A stretch of 61,692 bases of DNA, taken from positions 1 through 61,692 of the IMG/VR virus record IMGVR_UViG_3300007734_000739; one strand, written 5' to 3'. Positions 46,108 through 56,234 of the stretch are shown piece after piece (within the stretch, counting starts at the first letter, position 1; each line of letters opens with the position of its first letter). The notes beneath the pieces were generated by a model. That model did no database searches. It worked only from the letters and a program-made list of their open reading frames with translations, and was not told where the DNA came from. The translations under genes and the position numbers were made by a program. The DNA comes from a virus (taxonomy: Duplodnaviria; Caudoviricetes).

Positions 46108-46337
46108 AAGCGCCGCAGCAATCCCTCAAGGATTGGACGGCCCAGAAATGGCGTACCAAATCTGGTAAGCGGTCTTCTGACACGGGCGAACGGTACTTGC
46201 CGGAGAAGGCGATCAAGGCGTTGAGTCCTGCTGAGTATGCGGCAACGACAAGAGCCAAGAGAGCAGGGAAAGCGGCAGGCAAGCAGTTTGTAAAACAACC
46301 ACCCAAGGTGGCAAAGAAAACAGCGGGGTACAGGTAA
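46104..46337 (+). CDS. basic late protein (resembles DUF5872 C-half)
   Basis: TTG start overlapping TGA; QSLKDWT.QKWRT...ERYLP...GKQFV. Confidence 0.65.
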   Translation: MKAPQQSLKDWTAQKWRTKSGKRSSDTGERYLPEKAIKALSPAEYAATTRAKRAGKAAGKQFVKQPPKVAKKTAGYR

Positions 46338-46606
46338 TGGCAAGCAAATTTCCTGACTTGACAGGGGACGGCAAAGTAACGAAAGCCGATGTTTTAAAAG
46401 GTCGTGGTGTTGAGGGCATGAAAAAAGGCGGCAGCACCGACAAATGGATTCAAAAAGCTATTAAGAAGCCGGGTGCTTTGAAGAAGTCTCTTGGCGTGGC
46501 AAGTGACAAACCAATTCCTGCAAAGAAGTTGGCTGCTGCTGCCAAGAAGCCCGGCAAGATGGGACAAAGAGCAAGATTGGCTCAGACACTTAAAGGCATG
46601 AAATGA
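46337..46606 (+). CDS. basic late protein with EF-hand-like loop
   Basis: FPDLTGDGKVTKAD; WIQKAIKKPGAL...RARLAQTL. Confidence 0.7.
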   Translation: MASKFPDLTGDGKVTKADVLKGRGVEGMKKGGSTDKWIQKAIKKPGALKKSLGVASDKPIPAKKLAAAAKKPGKMGQRARLAQTLKGMK

Positions 46607-47538
46607 GCTACACCACAGGCACAACTCTTTTCAACATGGAATTCACGGAGATCGCTGAAGAAGCGTGGGAACGTGCAGGCCGTGAAATGAGAAGCGGTTA
46701 TGACCTGAGAACGGCTCGCAGGTCAATGAACTTGATGACCATTGAGTGGGCGAATCGTGGCTTGAATATGTGGACGATTGAGGCTGGTTCGTTCCCGTTA
46801 ACGCCGGGATTGAATACTTATCCACTTCCATTGGATACTATTGATCTGCTGGATCATGTGATCCGCACGGGGGCAAACAGCTCAACAACTCAGGCTGATT
46901 TGACAATTTCTCGTATCAGCGTGTCCACATACGCCACAATTCCTAACAAATTGCAGCAAGCCAGACCCATTCAGGTGTGGATTCAGCGGCTTTCTGGGGA
47001 AACAAACCCAACAACTTTGACCTTAAATGGAAACATTACCAGTGCCGTAACTACGATTTCGCTGAGTTCCACTGCTGGGTTGGCCTCATCAGGCTACATC
47101 AAGCTTGATGATGAAGTGATTTACTACGGATACATATCTGGAAATGATCTTGGCGGCTGTTTCCGTGCGCAGAATGACACGACAGCAGCTTCTCATTTAA
47201 GCAATACGCCTGTATTTGTTCCACAACTTCCGGCAATTACTGTTTGGCCTACGCCAGACAATTCCACTCCGTATGAGTTTGTGTACTACAGGATGCGTCG
47301 CATTCAAGATGCAGGCTCTGGTATCCAGATTGCCGACATGAATTTCCGTTTCTTGCCTTGTGTGGTGGCTGGATTGGCTTACTACATAGCAATGAAGGTT
47401 CCTGAATTGATGCCTCGCATGGATATGCTCAAACAGGCATACGATGAGCAATTCAACTTGGCTGCTGGTGAAGACCACGAAAAAGCGCCGCTGCGGTTTG
47501 TGCCGAGACAGATGTTCATTGGTGGGAGTACGCCCTAA
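46603..47538 (+). CDS. putative head-tail adaptor
   Basis: EEAWERAG...ARRSMNL...WANRG.N.W; GLAYYIAMK. Confidence 0.65.
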   Translation: MSYTTGTTLFNMEFTEIAEEAWERAGREMRSGYDLRTARRSMNLMTIEWANRGLNMWTIEAGSFPLTPGLNTYPLPLDTIDLLDHVIRTGANSSTTQADLTISRISVSTYATIPNKLQQARPIQVWIQRLSGETNPTTLTLNGNITSAVTTISLSSTAGLASSGYIKLDDEVIYYGYISGNDLGGCFRAQNDTTAASHLSNTPVFVPQLPAITVWPTPDNSTPYEFVYYRMRRIQDAGSGIQIADMNFRFLPCVVAGLAYYIAMKVPELMPRMDMLKQAYDEQFNLAAGEDHEKAPLRFVPRQMFIGGSTP

Positions 47539-47951
47539 TGGGTAATACATACTCATCAGGCAAATTTGCAATTGCTGAGTGTGATCGGTGTGGTCAACAG
47601 TTCAAGCTCAAAAAGCTTAAAACAGAGATCATCAAGACCAAGCGGTATGAGTTGAAAGTATGTCCAGAATGCTGGGATCCCGATCATCCTCAGTTGCTGC
47701 TGGGTATGTATCCTGTAGAAGACCCGCAGGCGTTGAGATCGCCTCGCAGGGACACGACATACATAACGGCTGGTGTGAATGGATTGCAGCTCAACCAAAA
47801 CGGGTTTGGTGGGTATCCAACTGGTGGCTCAAGAGACATTCAGTGGGGATGGAATCCAGTGGGCGGGGCAAGAAATTTTGATAGTGAATTGACCCCAAAT
47901 TACTTGGTGGCAACGACAAGTGTTGGTACAGTAGAGGTTAATCCGACTTAG
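47538..47951 (+). CDS. Zn-ribbon protein
   Basis: CDRCG...VCPECWDP.HPQL. Confidence 0.7.
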   Translation: MGNTYSSGKFAIAECDRCGQQFKLKKLKTEIIKTKRYELKVCPECWDPDHPQLLLGMYPVEDPQALRSPRRDTTYITAGVNGLQLNQNGFGGYPTGGSRDIQWGWNPVGGARNFDSELTPNYLVATTSVGTVEVNPT

Positions 47952-47957
47952 GAGTGA

Positions 47958-48158
47958 ATGATGGAAAAAGCACAGGTAAAAAAGATTGCTGATGTAGAGG
48001 CTAACAAGGCTGTAAAAAGCCATGAGCGTTCTATGCACGGTGTAAAGAAAATGGCAAAAGGCGGTAAAACTAATCTGCAAATGAAGCAGCTTGGTCGCGG
48101 TTTGGCTAAAGTTGCCAATCAGAAGAAGTCTTCTTTCACCTACAAGCGCGGAGGCTGA
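47958..48158 (+). CDS. small basic late protein
   Basis: MAKGG and terminal YKRGG. Confidence 0.65.
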   Translation: MMEKAQVKKIADVEANKAVKSHERSMHGVKKMAKGGKTNLQMKQLGRGLAKVANQKKSSFTYKRGG

Positions 48159-48159
48159 T

Positions 48160-48420
48160 ATGGGATACAGCAAAAAAATGATGGGCAAAGAAGTTGGTGA
48201 TGCTGCCACTTATGCTGCGCCGCACAACATGCAGGGTAAGGCAGAGCCTATCCAATCAAATCCCGGCAAACGTGCGCCAAAGCGTGACAACAATCCTGAT
48301 TGGACTCCAATGGACGGTGTTGCAATTGGCAGCAACAATGGCGTGAAAACCACTGGCATCAAGATTCGCGGCACAGGTGCAGCTACTAAAGGTGTGATGG
48401 CAAGAGGCCCAATGGCATGA
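48160..48420 (+). CDS. small basic late protein
   Basis: GIKIRGTGAATKG..ARGPMA. Confidence 0.65.
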   Translation: MGYSKKMMGKEVGDAATYAAPHNMQGKAEPIQSNPGKRAPKRDNNPDWTPMDGVAIGSNNGVKTTGIKIRGTGAATKGVMARGPMA

Positions 48421-49070
48421 ACTACGCCGATCTTGTCATCGCTGTTTCTGACTATTGTGAGAACACGTTTCCCACAGTAGACATGAACATAATGATTAAG
48501 CAGGCTGAACAGCGTATCTATAACACTGTTCAGATTGCGAATCTGCGCAAAAACATGACTGGTACTGTTACCGCTGGTAATCCATATCTGTCTGCGCCTG
48601 ATGACTTTTTATCTGCTTATTCTTTGGCTGTGATTGATGGAAGCGAATATCTTTATTTGTTGAATAAAGATGTGAACTTCATGCGTGAAGCATATCCAAA
48701 TACGGCTGTTGCTTATCGTGGCAAGCCTAAACACTATGCCATCTTTGGCCCTCAATCATCCAATGTGACTGAGTTGTCTTTCATGCTTGGCCCAACACCA
48801 AACGCAACTTATTCGGTGGAGTTGCACTTCTATTACTACCCTGAATCAATTGTTACAGCTGGTACAACATGGCTTGGTGATAACTTTGATTCTGCGCTGC
48901 TTAATGCAACGATGGTCGAGGCCATTCGATACATGAAGGGTGAGCCAGACATGGTTAAGTTTTACCAAGATATGTATCTTCAGTCGATTGCTCTTCTCAA
49001 GAATTTGGGCGATGGCAAACAGCGCATGGATGCTTATCGTGATGGACAAGTCAGGACACAAGTTCAATGA
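48417..49070 (+). CDS. putative adaptor/tail tubular protein A-like
   Basis: MNYADL...QAEQRI...GPTP...Y.VELHFY...TTWLG. Confidence 0.7.
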   Translation: MNYADLVIAVSDYCENTFPTVDMNIMIKQAEQRIYNTVQIANLRKNMTGTVTAGNPYLSAPDDFLSAYSLAVIDGSEYLYLLNKDVNFMREAYPNTAVAYRGKPKHYAIFGPQSSNVTELSFMLGPTPNATYSVELHFYYYPESIVTAGTTWLGDNFDSALLNATMVEAIRYMKGEPDMVKFYQDMYLQSIALLKNLGDGKQRMDAYRDGQVRTQVQ

Positions 49071-49489
49071 GTATTGTTCAAACACAAACCACTTCATTCA
49101 AAGCCGAGTTGTATCAAGGCATTCACGATCTCACAACAGATCAGATCAAGATTGCTTTGTATACAGCAAACGCAAATTTGAATGCAGACACTACCACCTA
49201 CTCTTCTAACAATGAAAGTAGTGGCGGTAATTATGTGGCTGGTGGTTTGGTTTTGACACCCATCACTGTAAGCAGCTCTGGTTACACGGCGTATGTTGGG
49301 TTTCCAAATGCGTCATGGACTGGAGCTATCACCGCAAGATGTGCATTGATTTATAACGCTACCAAGGGTAATAAATCAGTTGCTGTTTTGGATTTTGGGT
49401 CTGATAAATCATCTACATCAGGCGGTACGTTTGTTATAACAATGCCAGCAAACACGGCAACAGAGGCACTTATTAGGAGTTCAAATTGA
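49067..49489 (+). CDS. putative tail structural protein
   Basis: SFKAEL...KIALYT...ALIYN...VLDFG. Confidence 0.65.
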   Translation: MSIVQTQTTSFKAELYQGIHDLTTDQIKIALYTANANLNADTTTYSSNNESSGGNYVAGGLVLTPITVSSSGYTAYVGFPNASWTGAITARCALIYNATKGNKSVAVLDFGSDKSSTSGGTFVITMPANTATEALIRSSN

Positions 49490-49677
49490 TAGTCACAACT
49501 ACCAAAGGCGAAATGGATGATTCTTTGCTTGAAAAGCGTGAGGGCACCATTGACAATGAAAATGAATTAACCACATGGGTTGAGTATTGGTTAGATGGAG
49601 AACTTGTCCATCGCTCTGCGCATGTAACTTTAAAAAAACCACCTACATTTGTTGGCGGTGAAGCAGCTTCGTTTTAA
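49486..49677 (+). CDS. hypothetical protein
   Basis: TTG start after AGGAG; WVEYWLDGELVHRS. Confidence 0.65.
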   Translation: MIVTTTKGEMDDSLLEKREGTIDNENELTTWVEYWLDGELVHRSAHVTLKKPPTFVGGEAASF

Positions 49678-49688
49678 GGAGAACTAAA

Positions 49689-50165
49689 ATGGCAAATACT
49701 CAATCAATGTGCACCTCGTTTATGGGCGAGCTGATGACAGCAACCCATAATTTTGGCACCGCACCAATCCGCGCCGCATCTACTGCGGACACCTTTAAAG
49801 GGGCGTTGTACTTGGCCTCAGCCACGATCAATGCTTCTACCACTGCTTATACAGTGACAGGTGAAGTCTCTGGCGCAGGTTATTCGGCTGGTGGTGTAAC
49901 GGTAACCAATGCAACAGCGCCGATTGCAACTAACAGCTCTGCTACCGCAGGCGTAGCGTATTGGACACCTTCTGCCAGTTTGACTTACACATCTGTGACG
50001 CTGACCACAGCGTTTGACTGCGTATTAATTTACAACAGTACTCAAAGTAACAAAGCTGTATCTGTCCACACATTTGGTTCACAAACCATTACGGCAGGTA
50101 CTTTTACTTTGACAATGCCTTCAAACACCACAACCACCGCATTACTGCGCTTGGCAACTACCTAA
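49689..50165 (+). CDS. putative tail structural protein, paralog of 49067
   Basis: TSFMGEL...FKGALY...LIYNS...GTFTLTMP. Confidence 0.65.
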   Translation: MANTQSMCTSFMGELMTATHNFGTAPIRAASTADTFKGALYLASATINASTTAYTVTGEVSGAGYSAGGVTVTNATAPIATNSSATAGVAYWTPSASLTYTSVTLTTAFDCVLIYNSTQSNKAVSVHTFGSQTITAGTFTLTMPSNTTTTALLRLATT

Positions 50166-50174
50166 AGGTAGCTT

Positions 50175-51863
50175 ATGTCTCTCGGATGGGGCGACGGTAC
50201 ATGGAGTAGCGGCCCTTGGGGTGGAGGGACTGTCTATCCAACAGGCAATTCGGCGACCGGCTCCGTTGGAGCTGTTTCGCCTAGCCGCACCGTTGCGCTA
50301 TCCGGTGTATCTGCAAGAGGAAATGTTGGTAATGTTACCGAGACAAATAACCGAACAGAAAATGGTAATCTTGCTTCTGGATTTGTTGGAACGGTCACAT
50401 CTAGTCGTACTATTGCTCTTGCAGGTGTAGCTGCCACTGGAAATGTAGGCACAGTAAGCAATGGAACAAGAACCGTTGACCTTACAGGATCGTCTGCTGT
50501 TGGAGATGTTGGAGCTGCAACAGTTCTTTGCACAACATCCATAACAAACGTATTTGCAATTGGAGATGTTGGTTCGGTTGTAGAAACTGTTGCAGTTTCC
50601 CTTACCGGAGCACAAGCCAGCGGAAACATTGGAGATGTCACTGAAACAAATACAACCCCAGAGACAGGCGATCAAGCCAACGGTTTTGTTGGCGCTGTTG
50701 AAGTTAATCTTTCTGTTAATTTAACAGGTGCGTCTGCGTTTGGAAGTGTTGATACGGTTGGTTCTAGTTACACAATTGAATTAACCAATGTTTTAGCAAT
50801 AGGCAGCACGGGAATTGTTTCCCCCGTAAGCTCAGAAGATCAGACAGGCAATCAGGCATTAGGCAGCGTTGGAACGGTTGGTGCAGATTTTTCTGTTGCC
50901 CTTACTGGAGTTTTATGCCACCCAGACATTGGCGGTGTTTCAGAAGAAATCAACCCTGAAATTCAAGAAGTTCACGCCAATGGTTACTCTGGTACAACCA
51001 CTCCTACTCTATCTATTGCGCTATTTGGCGTAGCGGCTTCTGGCTCGGTTGGCGCTGTCACAGTTGATGAGCGTCAAATTGCCATTTCTGGGGTTCAGGC
51101 CATCGGCTCTGTTGGCACGGTTATTTACACGATTGACCAGTTTGAAACTGGAGATCAAGCAAACGGTTACGTTGGTACAGTTGAACCCACACTGACGGTA
51201 GCTCTGTCTGGCGTTGGAGCTGCGGGTCTGGTCGGCACAGTCGTTAGGGGCGAAACCCAGTTTGGCATAACAGGGGTTGAGGCTTCGGGTTCTGTTGGCA
51301 CGGTTGCGGCTGTAAACACACACGCGCTGACAGGCGTAGCCGCATCCGGTGAAGTTGGGTCTGTTGTCCACGGCAAAGAAATTGCCCTGACTGGCGTTCA
51401 GGCTGATGGCACGGTTGGCACAGTTTCCGTAACAAACACTGAAGCTCTGACGGGCGATGATGCCACTGGGGGTGTTGGCACAGTCACATACAACCTAATA
51501 AGGGCGTTGACCGGCGTATCTGCCGCAGGGTCTGTTGGCAATGTTGAGTTTGTCCAAGTAGCGGATTTGACTGGCAGTGCAGCGATAGGCGCAGCTGGAA
51601 CAGTTGGCCCACGAATCGGCGTGGCTTTGTCTGGGGTTCAAGCCGCAGGCGCAGTCGGAGATGTGCTTGCCGTCTATTGGAAATTGATTGATGATAGTCA
51701 AACAGCAAATTGGGCGGGTATCTTTAACACACAAACGGCAGGTTGGTCAAATATAGATGACACGCAGTCTGGAAACTGGCAAAATATCAATAACCCACAA
51801 ATTCCCGGATGGGCAGTCATTGATGATGAGCAAACTGCAGATTGGGAAGAAGTAGTAACTTGA
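50175..51863 (+). CDS. repeat-rich fibre-like virion protein
   Basis: many 19-21-aa repeats LTGVxAxGxVGxV; WGxG N-terminus; W-spaced C-terminal repeats. Confidence 0.7.
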   Translation: MSLGWGDGTWSSGPWGGGTVYPTGNSATGSVGAVSPSRTVALSGVSARGNVGNVTETNNRTENGNLASGFVGTVTSSRTIALAGVAATGNVGTVSNGTRTVDLTGSSAVGDVGAATVLCTTSITNVFAIGDVGSVVETVAVSLTGAQASGNIGDVTETNTTPETGDQANGFVGAVEVNLSVNLTGASAFGSVDTVGSSYTIELTNVLAIGSTGIVSPVSSEDQTGNQALGSVGTVGADFSVALTGVLCHPDIGGVSEEINPEIQEVHANGYSGTTTPTLSIALFGVAASGSVGAVTVDERQIAISGVQAIGSVGTVIYTIDQFETGDQANGYVGTVEPTLTVALSGVGAAGLVGTVVRGETQFGITGVEASGSVGTVAAVNTHALTGVAASGEVGSVVHGKEIALTGVQADGTVGTVSVTNTEALTGDDATGGVGTVTYNLIRALTGVSAAGSVGNVEFVQVADLTGSAAIGAAGTVGPRIGVALSGVQAAGAVGDVLAVYWKLIDDSQTANWAGIFNTQTAGWSNIDDTQSGNWQNINNPQIPGWAVIDDEQTADWEEVVT

Positions 51864-51871
51864 GGTAAAAC

Positions 51872-53257
51872 ATGGCTACAGCATACACATCACTTTTGGG
51901 TTTGGCACTTCCCGTCACGGGCGAACTGTCAGGAACATGGGGGGATACTGTAAATAATAGTATCACTTCATTGTTAGATACTGCGATTGCAGGCACTACA
52001 ACTTTAAGTACTGATGCAGATGTCACGCTGACAACTACTACAGGCGCATCAAATCAATCACGACAGGCCGTATTACTATGTTCTGGGGCTAGAACAGCAA
52101 TCCGCACTATTACCGCTCCGGCTCAATCCAAAATTTATACCATTATTAATTCCACCACAGGGGGTTTTGCGGTCAAAATTGTAGGCGTTGGCCCAACTAC
52201 TGGTATATCAATTTCTGCGGGCGAATCAGCGTTAGTTGCGTGGAATGGATCTGATTTTGTCAAAGTAAGTAGTCAAGGGGGCGCTGGAGTATTCACCTCA
52301 TTGACTGATAGTGCATTAACTTCTGGTCGAGTAACTTATGCTTCGACTGGTGGTTTATTGGTAGATTCTGCCAATTTATTATTTAATGGAACAACTCTTA
52401 CAGCTAATACGTTAAATTTGACCAATGCTCTTGGCGTGGCTTATGGTGGCACAGGTCAAACAAGCTACACCGATGGTCAGCTTTTGATTGGTAACAGCAC
52501 AGGCAATACCTTAGCAAAATCCACCCTGACGCAAGGTACAGGGATCACCATCACAAATGGGTCTGGAGCGATCACGATTGCCAACGCATCGCCGATGACG
52601 TACCCCGGTGCTGGTATTCCAAATTCCACTGGAACCGCATGGGGAACTTCTTATTCAACCAGCGGAAGTGGAACAGTAGTAGCTCTTGCAACTTCGCCAT
52701 CTTTTACAACTCCAACACTTGGTGTAGCAACCGCCACATCCATCAACAAAGTTGCTTTGACTGCGCCAGCAACAGGTTCGACTTTGACCATAGCAGATGG
52801 AAAAACACTGACGGTCAATAACAGCATCACATTGAGTGGTACTGACGCAACCATAATGACTTTCCCATCAACCAGCCAAACAATTGCGGGTTTGGGGAAC
52901 ACACAGACATTTACCAACACCAACACTTTTTATCAAATCAACTTTACGGTTAACGTAGTCACTGTTGCCGCAAATGCTGGAACGGTGCCAATTACTTATC
53001 GTCTGAACAATTTCACAAACAGTTCAGCGGCAACCATGACAATTACTTTGGCAACTGCAAGTGCAGTTGATGGGCAAATGTCGATTGTCAGAATTTATGA
53101 TTTCAGCGCAGTAGCACAAACGATTTCTTGGGTGAATACAGAAAACAGTACAGTTACTGTTCCAACCACTTCAAATGGCTCAACAACACTGCCACTGACT
53201 GTTGGATTTATGTACAACTCAGCAACATCAAAATGGCGTTGCATTGCGTCAGCATAA
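51872..53257 (+). CDS. tail fibre protein
   Basis: TGELSGTWG anchor, VAYGGTG/GQLLIGN repeats, C-terminal YNSATSKWRCIA. Confidence 0.75.
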   Translation: MATAYTSLLGLALPVTGELSGTWGDTVNNSITSLLDTAIAGTTTLSTDADVTLTTTTGASNQSRQAVLLCSGARTAIRTITAPAQSKIYTIINSTTGGFAVKIVGVGPTTGISISAGESALVAWNGSDFVKVSSQGGAGVFTSLTDSALTSGRVTYASTGGLLVDSANLLFNGTTLTANTLNLTNALGVAYGGTGQTSYTDGQLLIGNSTGNTLAKSTLTQGTGITITNGSGAITIANASPMTYPGAGIPNSTGTAWGTSYSTSGSGTVVALATSPSFTTPTLGVATATSINKVALTAPATGSTLTIADGKTLTVNNSITLSGTDATIMTFPSTSQTIAGLGNTQTFTNTNTFYQINFTVNVVTVAANAGTVPITYRLNNFTNSSAATMTITLATASAVDGQMSIVRIYDFSAVAQTISWVNTENSTVTVPTTSNGSTTLPLTVGFMYNSATSKWRCIASA

Positions 53258-53266
53258 GGACAAAAC

Positions 53267-53488
53267 ATGAAAATTGATTTTTCTTTTGATACTGAACATG
53301 GAAAATTTGCAGACGCTTTGCATTTGCCAGACGATCATGGCTTAACTGATGCTGAGATTGAAAACATGAAGCAACAGCGTTTGGCTAATTGGATAGCAGT
53401 CATTACTGCACCACAACCCAACTATGTATTGGACGCTGACGAAAACATTGTTTTTGATACTGATGGCAACCCAGTTATTGCGGAGTAA
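53267..53488 (+). CDS. tail fibre-associated small protein/chaperone
   Basis: directly after fibre; FADALHL. Confidence 0.55.
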   Translation: MKIDFSFDTEHGKFADALHLPDDHGLTDAEIENMKQQRLANWIAVITAPQPNYVLDADENIVFDTDGNPVIAE

Positions 53489-53491
53489 AAC

Positions 53492-56200
53492 ATGGCAGAT
53501 CGTTATTGGGTTGGTGGATCAGGTACATGGGATACCACCAGTACGACTAATTGGTCAACAAGTTCTGGTGGTGCTTCAGGCGCATCTGCGCCTACAGCAT
53601 CTGATAACGTCTTCTTTGACTCCAACTCCAATGTAGGAACAGGCGCTTTTACCGTTACTGTTTCTGCGGCTGTTTGTAACGACTTCAATGCCCCCGGCGC
53701 ATCGACTGCATTAGATGGCGCAATGACGCTGGCTATGGGGTCATCTACACTGACCGTATCTGGCTCATGGACGAATCAAGCAACTAACTTTGCTGTAACA
53801 AACACAGCAGGAACACTGACGTTTAACGCCACCACTACAGGAAAAACAATCACAACCAATGGTGTAACTATTGGCGTTAATACTACGCTAAATGGTGTTG
53901 GTGGTGCATGGACACTTGGTTCTGCGTTAAATATTAGTACGTTTCAGCTTACGCTAACCAACGGAACGTTTGATACTTCTAGTGCTAGTAACTATTCTTT
54001 GACTTTAGGAAGTTTCAGTTCTAGTAGTGGCGCTACAAGAATACTTAATTTAAACGCATCAACAGTATCAATGCCATCTTTTGCTGGCACATCTTGGAGT
54101 ACCAATGCTGGTCTAACACTTAACCGAGGCACTTCTACAATAAATATAACCCAGAGTGCTAGTAGTGCTATTATGAGTACTGGCGGTTTAACTTTTTATA
54201 ATTTATCAATTACTCTTTTTAATACTAATGTTAGTAGTGCTGGCGGTTTTACATTTAATGATAACAATACTTTTAATAACTTAACTTTTACTCTTCCTTT
54301 AAACTTTAATCCAATTGCCAGCGTAATTTTTACTCAAAATAGTACTGTGCAGGGTAGCTTGGCTGCTACAGGATCAAGTGGAGCATATCGTATTTTTATG
54401 CGCTCTAGCGCAATTAATCTTGGACGCACTCTTACTTGCGCAGCTTTTGGATCAGTGTCCGATGTTGACTTTAGAGACATTATAATTGCAGGTGCGGCTG
54501 GTACGTTATCTGGTACTCGTTTAGGTGATTGCGGAGGTAACAGCAATATTACGTTTGTTGCTGGCACAAATAAATATTGGAATTCGACGGCTGGTGGTAA
54601 CTGGGCATCTCCTGCTTGGGCAACAAGTTCCGGGGGTAGTGCATCAACTGTCAATTATCCATTGCCACAAGATACGGCAATTATTGAAAATACAGGATTA
54701 ACTGCTGGAAACACAATAACAATTAATGACTCTTTAAACATTAGCACATTAGATGCATCAACACGCACTAACGCAATGACGTTAGCGTCAAGTACAACTA
54801 CACCAACTTTCTACGGAAACTTTACTTACGGATCAGGCGTAACGCCTACTGGCACTGGAACGTACACATTTTCTAATCGCTCCACAAAAACGCTTAATTC
54901 TGGTGGTAAAACATTTACTCAGCCAATAACAATAAATGCGCCCAGTGGAGGTATTCAGCTTGTTACAAATAACTTGACATTAGGCTCAACGCTTACCACT
55001 ACTTTAACGTTAGGTACGTTAGACCTGAATAACCTGACATTAACAACAGGTTTATTTTCTTCAAGCAACTCAAGCACCAGAACAATTGCATTTGGTACTG
55101 GAAATATATCTTGTTCTGGTACGGGTACGGTTTGGACTACTGCAACTGCAACCAACTTAACTACAACAGGAACTCAAGTAGTCAACGTCACTTCAGCAGG
55201 GTCAACGGCAATTACTGTTTCACCCGGCGCATTATCAGAAGCTAATTCCATCAGCTTTAATTTTACTGGCGGTACTTATGCCTTAACTTTTTTAGGAACA
55301 AGTAGTCATACAGCAAGAAATGTAAATTTCACAGGATATGCTGGTACATGGCAGGCTACTAGCACCGCTAATTTTATATACGGAAATCTTACACTTTCCA
55401 CAGGAATGTCATTAACTGCTACAACTAACGGCGTGACTTTTGGTGCAACAAGTGGAACCCAGCAAATTACCAGCAATGGTAAAACGATAGATTTTCCAAT
55501 TACGTTTAACGGTGTTGGTGGTACGTTTAGTCTTCAGGATGCAATGACTCTTGGTTCTACAAAAACTATGACATTGACAAACGGCACATTGAACCTGAAT
55601 GGTAAAACTTGCACAGTAGGAACAGCGTTTACAACTGCTACAGGAACTAAAAACCTAACATTTAATGGCGGCACATTAGTTTGCCCAACCGCATCTACAA
55701 CCGCATTTAACAACGCTCAACCAACTAACTTTACCACCACAGCAGGTACTGGCACAGGCACAATCTCTATGACTGCCGCAACTGCAAAAACATTTGTTGG
55801 GGGTGGTTCAACTTACAACTGCACATTAAATCAAGGTGGTGCTGGTGATTTGACCATCACAGGCTCAAACACATTTGACAACATCACAAATACGGTTCAA
55901 CCAGCATCGGTCTTATTCACCGCAGGAACAACAAGTACGTTCTTGTCTGGGTTTTCACTGTCTGGCACTGCTGGAAACCTGATAACCATAGGTTCTGTCA
56001 CTGCCGCAAGCCACACGCTGTCCAAAGCAAGTGGTACTGTGTCTGTGTCTTACTGCTCCATCAGTAGATCATCTGCCACAGGTGGGGCTGCATGGTATGC
56101 GGGAACTACTTCAACAAATGGAGGTAATAACACAGGATGGATATTTACCGCTCCTCCTCCTCCTTCAGCGGCAACAGGCAATTTCATAATGTTTTTTTAA
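53492..56200 (+). CDS. large Thr/Gly/Ser-rich beta-solenoid receptor-binding-like protein
   Basis: RYWVGGSGTW repeats, LTLTNGTL repeats; 902 aa. Confidence 0.7.
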   Translation: MADRYWVGGSGTWDTTSTTNWSTSSGGASGASAPTASDNVFFDSNSNVGTGAFTVTVSAAVCNDFNAPGASTALDGAMTLAMGSSTLTVSGSWTNQATNFAVTNTAGTLTFNATTTGKTITTNGVTIGVNTTLNGVGGAWTLGSALNISTFQLTLTNGTFDTSSASNYSLTLGSFSSSSGATRILNLNASTVSMPSFAGTSWSTNAGLTLNRGTSTINITQSASSAIMSTGGLTFYNLSITLFNTNVSSAGGFTFNDNNTFNNLTFTLPLNFNPIASVIFTQNSTVQGSLAATGSSGAYRIFMRSSAINLGRTLTCAAFGSVSDVDFRDIIIAGAAGTLSGTRLGDCGGNSNITFVAGTNKYWNSTAGGNWASPAWATSSGGSASTVNYPLPQDTAIIENTGLTAGNTITINDSLNISTLDASTRTNAMTLASSTTTPTFYGNFTYGSGVTPTGTGTYTFSNRSTKTLNSGGKTFTQPITINAPSGGIQLVTNNLTLGSTLTTTLTLGTLDLNNLTLTTGLFSSSNSSTRTIAFGTGNISCSGTGTVWTTATATNLTTTGTQVVNVTSAGSTAITVSPGALSEANSISFNFTGGTYALTFLGTSSHTARNVNFTGYAGTWQATSTANFIYGNLTLSTGMSLTATTNGVTFGATSGTQQITSNGKTIDFPITFNGVGGTFSLQDAMTLGSTKTMTLTNGTLNLNGKTCTVGTAFTTATGTKNLTFNGGTLVCPTASTTAFNNAQPTNFTTTAGTGTGTISMTAATAKTFVGGGSTYNCTLNQGGAGDLTITGSNTFDNITNTVQPASVLFTAGTTSTFLSGFSLSGTAGNLITIGSVTAASHTLSKASGTVSVSYCSISRSSATGGAAWYAGTTSTNGGNNTGWIFTAPPPPSAATGNFIMFF

Positions 56201-56234
56201 AAAAATTAAACCAGAAGTTTTTGCGGAGTAAAAA

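Noticed and set aside
50175-56200. Diversity-generating retroelement or invertible tail-fibre cassette
   Set aside because: No reverse transcriptase or invertase and no template/variable repeat pair seen; repeats are protein-level
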